Positions 12,746-25,938 are shown, counted from the whole stretch's first letter. The stretch is 63,061 nucleotides of DNA, filler included, from Choristocarpus tenellus KU-1152 (GCA_964200185.2; 11 parts of 11 records of this genome joined end to end with filler, not necessarily neighbours in it); one strand, 5' to 3'. Numbers and translations are program-made. The notes: a model not told the origin generated them from the sequence alone.

Positions 12746-14753
12746 GTGAGAAAGACTGACCATGGAAGAGTCAGTGGCCTTATCGACACCTGCAATGATT
12801 CGGGGGGCAGGGGGGGTGGTAGTGGGGCAGGTGGATCACATGTAGCACCTCCTGGACCCGATGCTCAAGCACTGAGACTCTTTGAGAAGATGGGGGGGTT
12901 TGTCGCCATGCGCCGACAACTGGGTTTGCACCCTCCGTGCCATGCAATGTGTGATGCATTGCTGGGGATGGTGTTTGGAGCATGGGGCTCAAAGCAGGAC
13001 CCACGGCCCATCCGGGAGAAGGATGTTATGGCAATTAAGGGTGGGAAAGAATCCTGGCTGAGGTATGAAAGACAGGGATATGAGTAGGGATTATGATTTT
13101 TTGGGGGGGGGAGGGGGGGGGAGGGCTACAAATGTGGGTAGTGCAGGGGAGGTTGTCATATTAGAAATAGTTTTGATGACATGTAAGTGTGTTGGTTGAC
13201 AAGGTTAATTTGACCGTTGGTGATACGGCGGTGATGATGTTTCTGTTGTGTTTGTTTTTTCCTGCAGGTCTTGGTGGAGCAGCTATTCAAGTAACGCTAA
13301 TGATGAGGAGCCCCCCGCCCAGGACAACGAACTGCAGCCGCTGCCACATCAACAGCAACAGCAACAGCAACAGCAACATCAACAGCAACATCTGGTTGAC
13401 GTAGCAGGCTCTGGAGCTAGTACACAGATCTCCCCAGCGAAGGGCAGTGGTCAGTTGGAGTTGGGTAGAGGCAGTAATGCCTCCAAGGTTAAGGCATCAT
13501 CTGTCCACGGTGCAGGTGGTGTAGGTGGAGATGTGGATGTCAAGAAGGCGTCTCCCATTTGGCAGACGAAGTCAGAGAGTCTCGATATTATTGGTACACC
13601 TTCAGGAGACCTTGCTGTGAGTATCGTTGTGGGAAATGCAGTGTTGGAGGATCTTGAGCCAGGCAGCAGTGGGGGGATTGTAGGTGGTGTTGGTGATGCT
13701 GATTCTAGTGATGTTGCTGTGGCAGGGGATACAGGACGAGAGGGAATGGGGGGGGATGGGGGGGGCAGTCTAGGACCGCCTGGCAGACCAGACTTGTCCC
13801 ACCAGGCAAACAAGGAGGTTGCAACTGCGACTGTGGCCAAGGTTGAACCAAAGGCGACAACGCCATTGTTGGGGTTAAGATCGGGATCATTGGCTGATAC
13901 AAAGGCTGGGGTCTTGCTGGAACAACACCAGGGGAAAAAGATTGTTGATGGGTGTGCAGACTGTGCAGACTCAGGTGTACTGCTTGTTGCAGCTGTGGCT
14001 CCAGAGCCAGTTACGGGTTCCGCTCTGGGGCCGACCTCGACAGTGGTTGAGAAGGCACCGCTATTATTTTGTAAGTCGACAGAGAAGGGGGAAAAGGGTG
14101 AGAAGAGAGCGTTTCTGTCCACCCTGCTGAGGCGTCTGTCGAAGGACACGGCTCAGGCTCCAATGCCTGCAACTGAGCAGCCTTCTCAGCCGCAATCGCA
14201 GCAGGCAGGGGCGAGGGAGGACGAAGCGTCGACAGCCTCGATGCAGCGGGTTTCCGTTATTGAGGATGGCGGTGGTACTGCCGTGAACAAAACGCTTGAT
14301 GTTGATGGAGGAGACAAGGGGTTTGAGGATGATAGTGTGACCTTGTTTGAAGCTGCAGGATCGCTGTCGCCCTCTTCAAAGGAAGTGTCCCTTACTCCTG
14401 CTTTTGCTCCGATAAAAGTCACACTGGTACCGCCTGCAACCTTGGGTGATGATGCTGGCAATGGTGATGATAGAGGAGGAAGTGGCGACAATGAGGGCGG
14501 GGGAGAAGGAGTGGATGGGGGGAGGAACGGTGGCGTTGTGGTGGGACTGTGCGGTGACGGTGTAGGTGTGGTCCCTTCAGCCTTGCCCCCCCCTGCCCCC
14601 TTGACTCCGGCTTGTGTGGGTGCGGCGGCGGGCCTGGGCCACGGTCCCAACAATGTGGTTACGACTGGTGGTGGCAATAATGGTGATGCGGGGGGAGGGG
14701 GAGGGGGAGGTGGTGAGGTTTCCAGGCTTGTGCTGCCACAGGCAGTAGAGGTG
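12746..14753 (+). CDS. Internal exons of a large protein with a long low-complexity Gly/Ser/polyQ region (partial; possibly BEACH-type)
   Basis: Exon 12746-13062 (AG|GTATGA donor) splices in phase to an exon starting at 13268 (TTTTTCCTGCAG|), which stays open for ~495 codons to the contig end. FEKMGGFVAMRRQLGLHPPCHAMCDALLGMVFG only weakly recalls helical regions of BEACH proteins, so the family call is tentative. Confidence 0.6.
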
Positions 14754-14853
14754 NNNNNNNNNNNNNNNNNNNNNNNNNNNNNNNNNNNNNNNNNNNNTTA
14801 ATTAATTAANNNNNNNNNNNNNNNNNNNNNNNNNNNNNNNNNNNNNNNNNNNN

Positions 14854-15571
14854 GTATACTTCAAAACTGGTGTTAGGGTTAGTGCTGGGGTTAGGGTTAG
14901 GGTTAGGGATGACCCACGTGTGATGGGGTATACTTTAAAACTGGGGTTAGGGTTAGGGATGGCCCACACGTGATGGGGTATACCTTAAAACTGGTGTTGT
15001 CGTGGATAAGTGTCCTAGGGAACCCGTTGCATTGGGTGTAGAGTTTGATTCGTCTTTTGTATTAGGGTTAGGGTTGGGGTTGGATCTAGTAGAGTTTAGG
15101 GTTAAGGTTTGGGGTTGGGCTGTCCTGCAATAGAGATATAGGGATAGTGCATGGGTTGGGATTGTCTTGGGGTTAGAATATACGGATGGATAGGGTTAGT
15201 TTGGGGTGGGATTGTCCTATAAGGTTAGGGTTAGGGTTAATAGGGATAGGGCTAGTGTATGGGTTGGGATTTTCTTAGAGTTAGGATCTACTAAGGGTTT
15301 GGGCTAGGGTTAGGGTTTGGGTTGGGATTGTCCTATAATGTGTTAGGGTCGATAGGATTGGGCTAGAGTATGAGTCAGGATTGTATTAAGGTTAGGGTAA
15401 AGATTTGGTTGGGATTCCGTAGGGTTCCGATTTAGCGAGGGTTTGGTTGAGATTATGGATTTAGGGTTAGGGTTAGGATTAGGGTTAGATACTTTTCAAC
15501 GATCCACCCTCATGCTGAACTCCAGGCCTAATTTCCCGGCGATGCACTTAGCCTAAGCCTAGCCCTAACCC
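14854..15571 (+). repeat. Degenerate interstitial TTAGGG-rich array with higher-order units
   Basis: Many TTAGGG/TTGGGG variants. Three GTATACxTxAAAACTGGxGTT units in 14854-15000, then ~100-120-bp units in 15060-15490. Confidence 0.8.
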
Positions 15572-15747
15572 TTTTTTTCTGTTGTACGGTATACAGGAAC
15601 TGTATATATTTTCTATGACGAGGTCAATATTTCATATCTGAAGTGATACTAGAATTGTATCCAAGGTGAGATCTTTTTTTTCCTTGGTTTTTTTATTTAT
15701 AATTTTTTTCTTACATTTTTGTATAAATTTTTTTTTTTTTTGTACAG

Positions 15748-17550
15748 GAGGAGAACCCACTCCGGCGAGGATTTGCGAACTTGGTCAAGGCCCGGTTGGA
15801 TAAGGTGGTGGATGAAGCGATGTCCATGTTAGACCCTGCTTCTGACCTGATGGGAAGGAGGTGTGTGTGTCTGTGTCTGTGTGTGTGTGTGTGTATGTGT
15901 TTGATTATGTTTGTGTTTAAATGTAATACATATGTGATGCATTTTTATTCTGATATTTTTATTTTTTTCCTTTTGTTGCGCCTCTGGCTAGTGTGAAGAA
16001 TTTTTCTGGTAAAAAAGAATGAGATCAGTAGTGAGTAGTTTGTGACATCATGGAGCGGTTGTTGAGACACGATTTGGAAGTGGTCTCGAAGGCGTGTTAG
16101 CTGAGAGTCTTGCTTGCTAGGACTTGCTAGGACTTGCTAGGACATCTGGTGCAGTGTACTTTCGAGGGGGAGGGTGTTGTGTCTTGAGGTTAGTGAGGTT
16201 AGTGAGGTTAGTGAGGTTAGTGAGGTTAGTGAGGTTAGTGAGGGAGTGATGTAGCTATCATCGCCGCATTCCGTTTGTGTGTGTCTTGAAATAAGAATAT
16301 GTATTGGGTTAGGTGTCTTTCAGTTACCTAACATCAAGTCTGCAGCATATGTATGTATCTATGTGTGTGTGTGTATGTGTGTGTATGTATGTGTGTGTGT
16401 ATGTGTATGTATCTGTATGTATATATCTATGTGTATGTATCTATGTGTATGTATCTATGTGTGTGTATCTATGTGTGTTTATGTATGGATTATTATGTTT
16501 GTATAGTACAGAGCGGCAAGGGCAGACACAAGCTGAGTGTAGTGGACAGAGTTACAGGGAGGTGTGTGTTGGAAGGAGGAGACAGTTGAGAAGGAGATAC
16601 ACCTCTTGAGAGGGGAGGGCATGATGTGAGAGATGATGAGGGTAGAACTGTGTGTGGGACTTGCACAGGTGTTACAAGTACACAGATTTTCCAATTACAC
16701 AGATGTTCCAAGTACATAGGTGTTTTAGGTTCTGAGTACACACATGTTCAAGTACACACATGTTCAGGTACACACATGTTCAAGTACACACATGTTCAAG
16801 TACACACATGTTCAAGTACACACATGTTCAGGTACACACATGTTCAAGTACACACATGTTCAAGTACACACATGTTCAGGTACACACATGTTCAGGTACA
16901 CACATGTTCCAACAGTAGTACCTGGAATACTCCTCTTCCTCATGGCATTGCACCTGGAGAAGGTGCTGTGAATTGTAGTGAAGTGTGAATTGTAGTGAAT
17001 TGTGGTGAAGTGGATGGAATTGCCGATACACCTGGTGGTAGTCCAGAATGTGCAGTCGATGGTATATAGCATGGCATAGCAAGTGGCATGGGCTGTGCTC
17101 CTCCCCATGGTGGCGTCTTGGAAAATGGTGTGGATGCAACCATTGGCTTCATACCCTTCTCAAGCTGTTGTTCCGTGTGCCTCGAGGTGTTCATGTTTGA
17201 TGTGCGCGTGGGACCGGGGCCTGGGGTTAGGGTTGGTGAGGAGCGTTTTCCGTCTGAAATGGTGATATCCTGCCAAAGGATGATAGATGATGATAGATGA
17301 TGATAGATGCGATTAGCGCTCTGGGAGGAAGGTGTTGATGGTTGTTGACATTGTCCTCCCTGTGGTGGTTCACCGAGCATCTACAATTGTAGAGATTTGT
17401 CTAAGGGAGATAATGGGCGGGGGGGGGGGGGGGGGAGCACGAGTTTGTTGTTTTTTGGGGGGGGGGTGATGAATGGGACTGGGCGGGGGGGTTAANNNNN
17501 NNNNNGGGTGTGTAAAGGGTGGGGGGGGGGTGGGGGGGGGGGGGGGGGGT

Positions 17551-17581
<31 letters not shown>

Positions 17582-18920
17582 ATGATTACAGTGTTGAGGT
17601 TTGGGCCAACATGGTGAGGAATAAATTGTGGTTGTGGTTGCTATGGAGCAGCCCTGGCTTTAGATGGCCATGGATGTGGAGTCCAGATAAAGAGTGCTGA
17701 AATTTACGTAACGCTGGCCATACTATCCCTTTTTGTCATACCTTGGTAGTTATGGTATGATAGTATGGAATTGTAGCATGGAATGATAGCTATAGTATGG
17801 TAGCATGATAGTATGACTAAGGTCTAGTCTCTTTCGGGAAAACTGCTTTTGATAATAATACTATGGAGTATACCGTATCGATAATAATCATACAAAGTTA
17901 ATCGGAAGGGTTATTTAATGGATTGTATACGATTCAGCCTTTCTGATTGGTTGGTGATACTTGAATTTCGCGTACACATGTGCAAAATCTGAACTTTTTT
18001 GTATTATTTTACATATTGAGCATACGAGTGTAGCGGTACTTCGATGACATTTTTTTTTCTTAATGGGACCGTGTACGCACTCAAGCTTGAGAGTTACATC
18101 TTTTTTTTTCTTTAATAAATAACGATTTTCCGGCACTTAGATACCCTGCCTAGAGTAACTCCGGTACATTCCCACTTTTTTTGTTCTTTTGCTCCGAGTG
18201 ATCGATGTGGTTAAATGACCGTATACGTGTGGTTAAAACTTACGTACATACATGTAACTGTTGCAATATATAAGAATAAGAAATGTGGAACCCCCCTTCT
18301 TCTTTTTTATTTCTTTTTTTCCCAGGTATATATCTGACCGCCTTCCCCCTGTGCTGCTGGAGGAAGAGGAGGCTGTCTCCGTACTGGGGAACCCAGATGC
18401 CCCCATCTCTCCTCTGACAAAGGTAAAGAGAGAGAGAGAGAGAGAGGGTCATTTGCTGTGTGTGGGGCATGTTGCTAATTTTAGGTCTTCGTCACTACAA
18501 TGCTGGGGCACTTTGGGTTATGTAGATCCTGCTGCTTGTTTTGATCTTGTCACGTTTGGTCCACACAAAAGATGTCCCTTATCCCGAAATTGTCATGTTT
18601 GTTCTGAAATGTTGTCATTGACACACACACACACAAACACACACACGCCTGCACGGACAGAGTGTACTGGAAATGTTTTGCTGAATGCATGGCGTTTTCC
18701 TGAATGTGTGCCTTTTCTTGGTGTACGTGAGACAGGCGTTTTCCTGTACAACTTTGCTGAGCTGTTTTGAGTTTGCTCTCTTTGCGTTGCACATGTGTTC
18801 ATACGTGCGTTCACACGCATGCTCACAAAAAAAGAAGAAGCATGTGTGTGGGTGAAGTAATGAAGTCAGGACAGAATGGAAATTGTTAGTAGATTTTACT
18901 TTTTTTTCTCTTGTTGAGGT

Positions 18921-18967
<47 letters not shown>

Positions 18968-21900
18968 TGTGTTTGTGTTGATTCTGTTGTGCTTTTTAGC
19001 TCTCTGCAAATGATGCGGTTACACGGGATTGTGCTGTGATAGTTCCCCCGAAGCTGGACATCCTCCAACATAAGCTATGACTTGGTGTACTTTGTTGTCA
19101 TTATCTGTTGTGCAGTTTTTTAGAGAGAATGGTGTCGAAATCATGAGTAAATTGCATTTGAAGTATAATAGTATGCTGCGCTGGTAGTATGCTATATTGG
19201 TAACCCTAACCCTAACTCTAAGTATGTTATCATAGTAACCTGCTTAGTACTCTACTATGTATTTTTTTGGTCTGCTGAGGGTTAGTCCCTCAGCAGACGT
19301 TTGTGCCTACCTATCTACTTGCCTTATCCTTATCCTGAAAATTGTTAGTGTGTGATGGTCAACAGATTAAGTATGTTGTTAGTTGCCTGTATATCCAATG
19401 TATGTATATCCAGAATTGAATGGAATAGAATAGAATAGAATAGATTTTTGTCAAAACAATATACATCTGTGTGTGTGTGCCTTCTGTGATGCATCAATCT
19501 GATAGCGATATGATGCAAGGCCCTGACAACATATTTTAACAGCACAAGATTATAAGGAGGTGGATTGACAAGCAGTGATCCAAAGTATCTTAGAGGGTTT
19601 GAGTTTGCCCTCTTTGTCCGTTTTTCGGTTTTCTGTGTGAAGACAGTTACCTAAAATGTGTATGACCATGAAAGGTGTGTCCGGAGCAAGGATATTGACG
19701 CTTGCTGGCAAACACCATAGCCAAAATCATATCGAAATAATATGAAAATCGCAACATTGGATTTTTGATCCTAAACGGATGCGGCCCTACCCTCTTGAAT
19801 GCTTTGGCTCAGTGTGGTGACTGCAATGAATACATGGCAAGGTAGGGTTAGCCAGAGGAAGTATGGTTATAGTCATGACGCGACATTTTTGTCATTTTTT
19901 GTGTGAGAACCAGTGTAGTGTGTAGTCCCTCTGACCACGGGTGGGTCTAAACCTATTCCTAACCCTAACCCTAAGTGTTGCTACTAAAAGTACTAATAGT
20001 TAACCTCTTTCTTCGCTTTCTTAACTTTTATAACAATGATGAGGTATGAGTTGATGCAGAGTAGGGTTAAGGGTACCATTGGGGGTTGGTTGACTGGCAG
20101 GTGAAATTCATTCAGACAGCTCTCATGGTTTGGAAAGTTGGGGAGCTAAATTGAGTTGACAAGCCCTATCTCTATATAGTTTGTCATGCTGTGGCTCGAA
20201 GGCGTGTGTTGAGTCTCTCTATGGGAAAAAAAAGTAACAAAATCATATGTACAAGTCCTGAGTGGATCGACATCCAGCTTATTTTGGACCCCTATCACTT
20301 GGTGTTTGTGACTTGTAAGGATGGAAATACTTCATACTTTTATTACCCCAAGGTTACTAGCATCTGAAGTCATTCTCATATTTTTTGAGCTTGGTGTATC
20401 TCAGTTCTGAAACTGCCATGGGCTAGAAGCTCTTCAAGACCTATGTTGCAATAGTATCCTCTTGATTGTATTCACAACTTTGTTGTATCTACAATCTACT
20501 TTATTGTATTCTCACCCCACTTTGTTGTATCCACAATCTACTTTATTGTATCCACTACCTACTTTGTTGTATCTACAACCTCCTTTGCTCTATCCGTAAC
20601 CTACTTTGTTGTTTTTATTGTTGCTCAACCTCTTGTGTATTTTTTGTTTCTCCCCGCTGTCCACAATACTACATTTGTTTATGTTCATTCAAAGATAAGG
20701 AATTGATCATGACGAGGGATCTTTCCGTGTTAATCTTATAGAAATGAATTAATTCAAGAGTCTATTCATGTTCTTTCAAAAGCAATGGGTTGATTCAAAA
20801 GTCTATTCATGTTCATTCAAAAGCAATGGATTGATCATGAGGAAGACTTTTCATATTAATTTCAAAGTAATGGATTAATTATAAAGTCTATTCATGTTCA
20901 TTCAAATGTCTTTCCATATTAATTATAATGTAATCGGTATTAGTGGTGTTTGCTCTTTTCTGAAAAGTGGTCCTTACATGAATATTTAAAATATGACAGC
21001 AATCTCTTGACCATTTCTTTTTAATGCATGTAATTTGCTTCTGATATAATACACATATATTCACTTCAAAATTCTCTTCCGCTAACGTCATCTTCTAGAT
21101 CTAAATATATAACTTAAGTATTTCACGGTATTTACTACTTTGTGTGCTCTTTTGTCCCAGTTGCGTTTGGTGAGAAGAGGTGCTGCACGATTACTCTTAG
21201 AAGACGGTGTCGCGGTAGTCTACCACTGCATGGATAACGCAAGGGTTCACCATGGAAACCCCCTCAGGTTTGACGCCTACTATTCATCTAGTTCTCTGGT
21301 GTATATTATATCGAAATGAGCATGGACTGCATGTAAATGCTATTGTTGTTACTTAGGATGGGTTTGTATTGCCAGATTACTTGTCGTTTTATCGGGGTTT
21401 TTTAGAATATGTCGAATTTTATTAACTGGTCGCTTCGCTGTTGTTGATACGGAAGCAACTAGTTAATGGGAATCGAAACATGTAAACTAGGCATACATAT
21501 GTTTTGTTCACTCGTTTGATACTCAAGATTTCATATACTTCTCTGTCGCTGTTCTCCCTATCACTAGACAAAACAAGCCCTCGTAATATATAGACTTGGA
21601 ATAGTGGATTGAAAAGCTAAGGATCCTGGCCCCCCAGTGTTGTAATTTTTGTCCACAGTGGAGTCCTGGCGGTTGCACAGTGGTGGTCCGAAGTTGTGTC
21701 TTCTGTTTCAGGGTTATCTGGTCAGGTGCAGAATAGTCTGGACTGGATTATATGTGCGAAAATAGAAGTGGTTCTTCTGTTTGGGCTACGTGATACTTTA
21801 CGATTTGCGGCTGTTGAATGTTGTTCACAAGACGTGTATGTGAGATCCCCTGTATGGGTGTAGTTATTGATGGTTTTTGGAGAGTTTGTATTCTAGCGGA

Positions 21901-24487
21901 ATCATGGCTACTCCGAAGAAGGGGAGGAGAGTGGCAGAGGGACTGGATGAGCTGGGAGGAAAGAGTAAGAAGGGTTGAGTCAAAGTATCTTAGAGAGTAG
22001 AGTCGCGTCCATTTGGGGGACAAAATCCAGTGTTGCAATTTTGATGTAATTTTGACTATCATGTTTGTTAGGAGATGTCAATATCCTTGTTCCGGATACA
22101 CCTTTTCATAATGTATATGTTTTACCTACTCCAAAATTATTTTGGAGTATGTAAAATGTCATTAAGAACGAGTGGGAAGCCATGCAAGCCCGAAATGGAC
22201 AAACAGGGCAAAACTCATACCCTAACCCTAAGGTACTTTCACCTGGTTCGACCAAAGTCAAGACCAAACTTGGCACATGTGCCAGGATAAAGGTATTGAA
22301 GTTTGTAGAGGACTGAAGAGGTCGATGAGAGGAACCTGAGTGAGGAAGCCATGGAGACCCTTTTGCGGCCTCCGGTGGAAGGAGGGTGCAGGGTGCAGGG
22401 TTGACTCACACGGAGTCAGACCTCTAGTGCTCATCCTCTTCTGGGTCCTCGTGGATTGGATTGTTCGGGGAAGTTTCTTCCGACCTGTCGACCTCTTTCG
22501 ACTCCAAGGTTATGTTGGCTCCAAGGTTATGTTGGCTCCAAGGTTATGTCGACTCCAAGGTTGTGTCGACTCCAAGGTTATGTCGACTCCAAGTTTATGT
22601 CGGCTCCAAGGTTGTGTCGACTCCAAGGTTGTGTCGACTCCAAGGTTATGTCGGCTCCAAGGTTATGTCGACTCCAAGGTTGTGTCGACTCCAAGGTTAT
22701 GTTGGCTCCAAGGTTTTGTCGACTCCAAGGTTGTGTCGACTCCAAGGTTATGTTGGCTCCAAGGTTTTGTCGACTCCAAGGTTCCAAGGTTATGTCGACT
22801 CCAAGGTTGTGTCTATTGGCCAAGCGAAGGTTCACAACTTCAAGAAAGGGGTGGAGGTATAACAGGAAGGTGGTGACATGTTCTGTTGAGGAGGAGGCGG
22901 GAGTTAAATTGCGACCGTGACAGTCGTGTGAAGGGTTAGGGTTGGTTGAATCTTTACAGCTCATCCTATTGGACATCTGCTTGGACCAGAACAGTTTGGG
23001 GCAAGAGGGTGTTTAGGACCTTGATGTGGAGTGTGTGTTTAAGGTTGAGCTGTCCAGTCAAGCCCTCAGCAGGATTTAGAAGCAATTGATGGTGGTTCGA
23101 AGGAGAGGTAAGATTGAAATCTCCTCCCCCTAACGGAGCAGAGGATGGCTCGTATTTGTTGCTCTCTGATCGAATATGCTGCTGGCTGTATGAGGTGTAC
23201 AAAAAAGCAGATCTTATGTACGGGGATGAGACTTTTGTTCACCAATTGTATAGTCCATCGTATTCTTGCTTAAAGAGGTAGGTGGAAATGGGAGGGGGGG
23301 GCGTGCTTGGGTAAAGGGGCTTGAGGATAGTGATTGTGAACACCATCACCAAGTATGTCCTATTCGCCAGGGTGTATGAGAACAGCTTTCCGATTGTTGA
23401 AGAGTTGGCTGCAGAGTGATTGTGGCCTGCCAAGACTATGAAAGGAGATTGCCATACCTCAATAGATGACAACATGTCGGTGTCTTGGATAGCCTTGAAC
23501 TGATATTACCTACATTCAAATTACCTACATTCAAGAAGTTGTTTGCTGATGAGAAGATGATACGGGTGCTTCAGTAATACTATCTACTACTTTGGCTATG
23601 GTGAGGAGGTCAAGAGGGTGGAGCCTAAGACGTTCGAATCAACCTCTTCTGCAAGTAGCATGTGCAAAGTAGTGCTGTTGAACGAGATCGGGTGAGTTGT
23701 GAGGAGGTAGCTGCAGCCACTGCCAGTATATGCTTCCGTACCTAAAGTATACAGTGCTTACAATCTCTACATGCTTCCATACCTAAAGCATACAAAGAGA
23801 GGCACTGTTTCCCTAACCCCAACCCTACAACCCTAGGTTAATCTTTCATATTCTCCAACGGAAGTGTAAGTTATCCAAATCTAACCCTCACCCTAACCCT
23901 AAGTCCAACCCTAAACAATCTCAGAACACCTGCAATAGGTTCATACTCTGTGGTGCATGATAAAATTTAACTTTCCAGTTTTTCTGCCAGGAGCCTCTTG
24001 CTCTCAGGTTTCACCTTATAACTTTTTGAACCAATTTGAAAGTGAATAAGAATACCCCTATTAACTAGTTCTCTCCACCGTAGTATTGTAGGTGAAATGT
24101 TCTACCCAATGTATGTTATATCCCGCCTGTGCCTCAATTGTTTTAGTACCTTGTTTGGGATTGCATCAACTTAAAAAAGAAATTTAGCCTTCAACTTGCG
24201 CCAAAACGTAGTGGTGAAAAAATCTTAGGACTCTAAAGCCAGACCACTAGAATCGCAACCGTCATTTGGATGCCAACTTTCAAACTTAGATCTAACCCTG
24301 ACCCTAGCCTTGATCTTAACCTGACATACATGTTGGTATGTGCCCCCACGGTTTCATCCATCCCATCAGCCCATTGCAGTTTGAGGTGGATGATGCCCCT
24401 GCGATTGAGGTCCTGTTGTCTGCCTACCCACACGCCGTCCAAGTCAAGGACCTCCCGCACCCTCCTACTGAAGACCTCGAAGACAAG
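15748..24487 (+). CDS. NO66: Ribosomal oxygenase NO66/RIOX1-like protein, C-terminal dimerisation and winged-helix part (4 internal exons)
   Basis: Exons 15748-15860, 18326-18422, 21161-21267 and 24370-24487 splice in phase to LDPASDLMGRRYISDRLPPVLLEEEEAVSVLG...LRLVRRGAARLLLEDGVAVVYHCMDNARVHHGNPLSPLQFEVDDAPAIEVLLSAYPHAVQVKDLP. This matches the NO66 C-terminus (FIHDSLPPVL, GIARLV, ENSRVYH, LLxSYPEFVRVGDLP). The JmjC domain and last exon lie outside the contig. Confidence 0.88.
16186..16243. repeat. 9-bp tandem repeat (TGAGGTTAG) x~6
   Basis: Directly visible. Confidence 0.9.
16736..16909. repeat. 16-bp minisatellite GTACACACATGTTCA(A/G) x~11
   Basis: Directly visible. It produces the spurious repetitive ORFs at 16626-16988. 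Confidence 0.95.
19577..19810. mobile_element. MITE family A' (variant of family A)
   Basis: GATCCAAAGTATCTTAGAGGG...CCCTCTTGAATGCTTTGGCTC with agt/agt flanks. One half is shared with family A, the other with 31418-31585. Confidence 0.75.
20470..20630. repeat. Degenerate 21-bp tandem repeat (CTACTTTGTTGTATCYACAAY)
   Basis: About 7 imperfect copies are visible. Confidence 0.8.
21977..22244. mobile_element. MITE family A
   Basis: GAGTCAAAGTATCTTAGAG...CCCTAAGGTACTTTCACCT with 4-bp TSD ggtt/ggtt. Confidence 0.85.
22498..22812. repeat. 17-bp minisatellite T(C/T)G(A/G)CTCCAAGGTT(A/G/T)TG x~18
   Basis: Head-to-tail copies with no spacers. Confidence 0.95.
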
Positions 24488-25131
24488 GTGCACTGTTTTT
24501 TATTTACGTGACCTTTTTGGGCTGGGCCACGCACTAGGTCCAGAAAACTCACTAAATCCGCCACCTAAGAGATGGGAATTTTGCAGAACAGTACGGCGTT
24601 ATTGTGTTTATGACTTGTGGTATCCAAGTTTTTTCAGCATACATACTATGTATGTATGATTTTCAAGGACTGTTCGTTGTAGTCCAGTATCGTTTTTGAC
24701 CAAACCCCATCAGCTCTATTTTATTTATTTCTGGTGCACTTGAGGTACACTGAAGATAGCTGTATTATACCAACCTGAAAGACATTATTGAAAGGGTTTA
24801 TTTGTGAGTATCATACATACATCCCAACTACAAAATGTGCAGGAGTCGGGTTTTGATTTACGAGACGGTGCAGTGCATGACTTTCATTTTTTGTTAGTAG
24901 GGTATACCTCACAGTGTCAGTGACTATTTTCATCTTGTACCTGTACCCCATACCTCATTTTCTTGCACAGCTTGATTCGATTTTGTCCAATACTGGTATG
25001 TAGCAGGAGAGTAAACACAGAAATGTTGGAATTGTAGAGTGTGACTTTGAAGCAAACGGATGACAGTATGAGTGAATATCCCTTACACTGTTACTGGTAC
25101 ATGAGTACATCATTGGTATAGTTGACCTGCC

Positions 25132-25176
<45 letters not shown>

Positions 25177-25938
25177 CCCCGGTCGCTGGCGGGGGGGGGG
25201 GGGAGGGGGGGGAGGGGGGGGGCGGATCGGGAGATAGAAAGAAAGAAAAAANNNNNNNNNNNNNNNNNNNNNNNNNNNNNNNNNNNNNNNNNNNNTTAAT
25301 TAATTAANNNNNNNNNNNNNNNNNNNNNNNNNNNNNNNNNNNNNNNNNNNNGCAGAGAGTGATATCGGGGATGCCATTTACACTCGTGGTTGAGGACAGG
25401 TTTTGATGAGTAACAAGTGAGGGCCATACACACAATGTTTTGATGTAAGCAGACATGCATAATGTAGGCAAAAGTGTGCAATGTGAACAGAAAATACCAT
25501 TTTTTTAAATAGTCATACCACAAAAAGGGTTACAGGTATGTGTATGTATAGTAGCTAGTCTCAGCGGAAACAATGCAGGACTGAGATGAACTTACAAAGT
25601 ACTCAATGGGCGATTCGAGGGTTGGGGTCGGGGTTAGGGTTAAGGACAGCCCTAAGCCATGTATGTTGGGTGAGGGGATTGATTGTCTAAGAATCTCGTT
25701 TTTATTAGATGCAATTTGCATGGGAAACCATTCAGGGTAAACAGCTATGTGCACGTTTGAAATTATGACCTTCCCCTTCGCTTCCAATTAATATTATTAT
25801 TATTATTATATGTGAAAGTGGACGGTATTCACAAAAATAATAATAATAGTAGAAAAAAAAAGAACGCAAGAAAATATTCACAACACCAACCGAATACCTC
25901 GAGTTTTTTTTTGTATTTCTTGATAAAAAAAACTTACC

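Larger units (their letters stand above)
21600..23720 (-). mobile_element. Highly decayed non-LTR retroelement relic in a NO66 intron
   Basis: Fragmented P/T/L/H-rich frames with an AP-endonuclease-like GGDFN motif (~23110-23130), interrupted by a MITE and a minisatellite. Boundaries are approximate. Confidence 0.35.

Noticed and set aside
13451-14677. Long antisense ORFs (232 and 163 aa)
   Set aside because: Shadow frames of the GC-rich plus-strand exon.
14854-15571. True chromosome end
   Set aside because: The array is degenerate, its G-rich strand points into the contig, and the adjacent gene lacks its 5' exons.
22340-22976. CRISPR-like array or repeat-protein ORFs in several frames
   Set aside because: Head-to-tail 17-bp units with no unique spacers and no cas genes. 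The ORFs arise from a stop-free unit.
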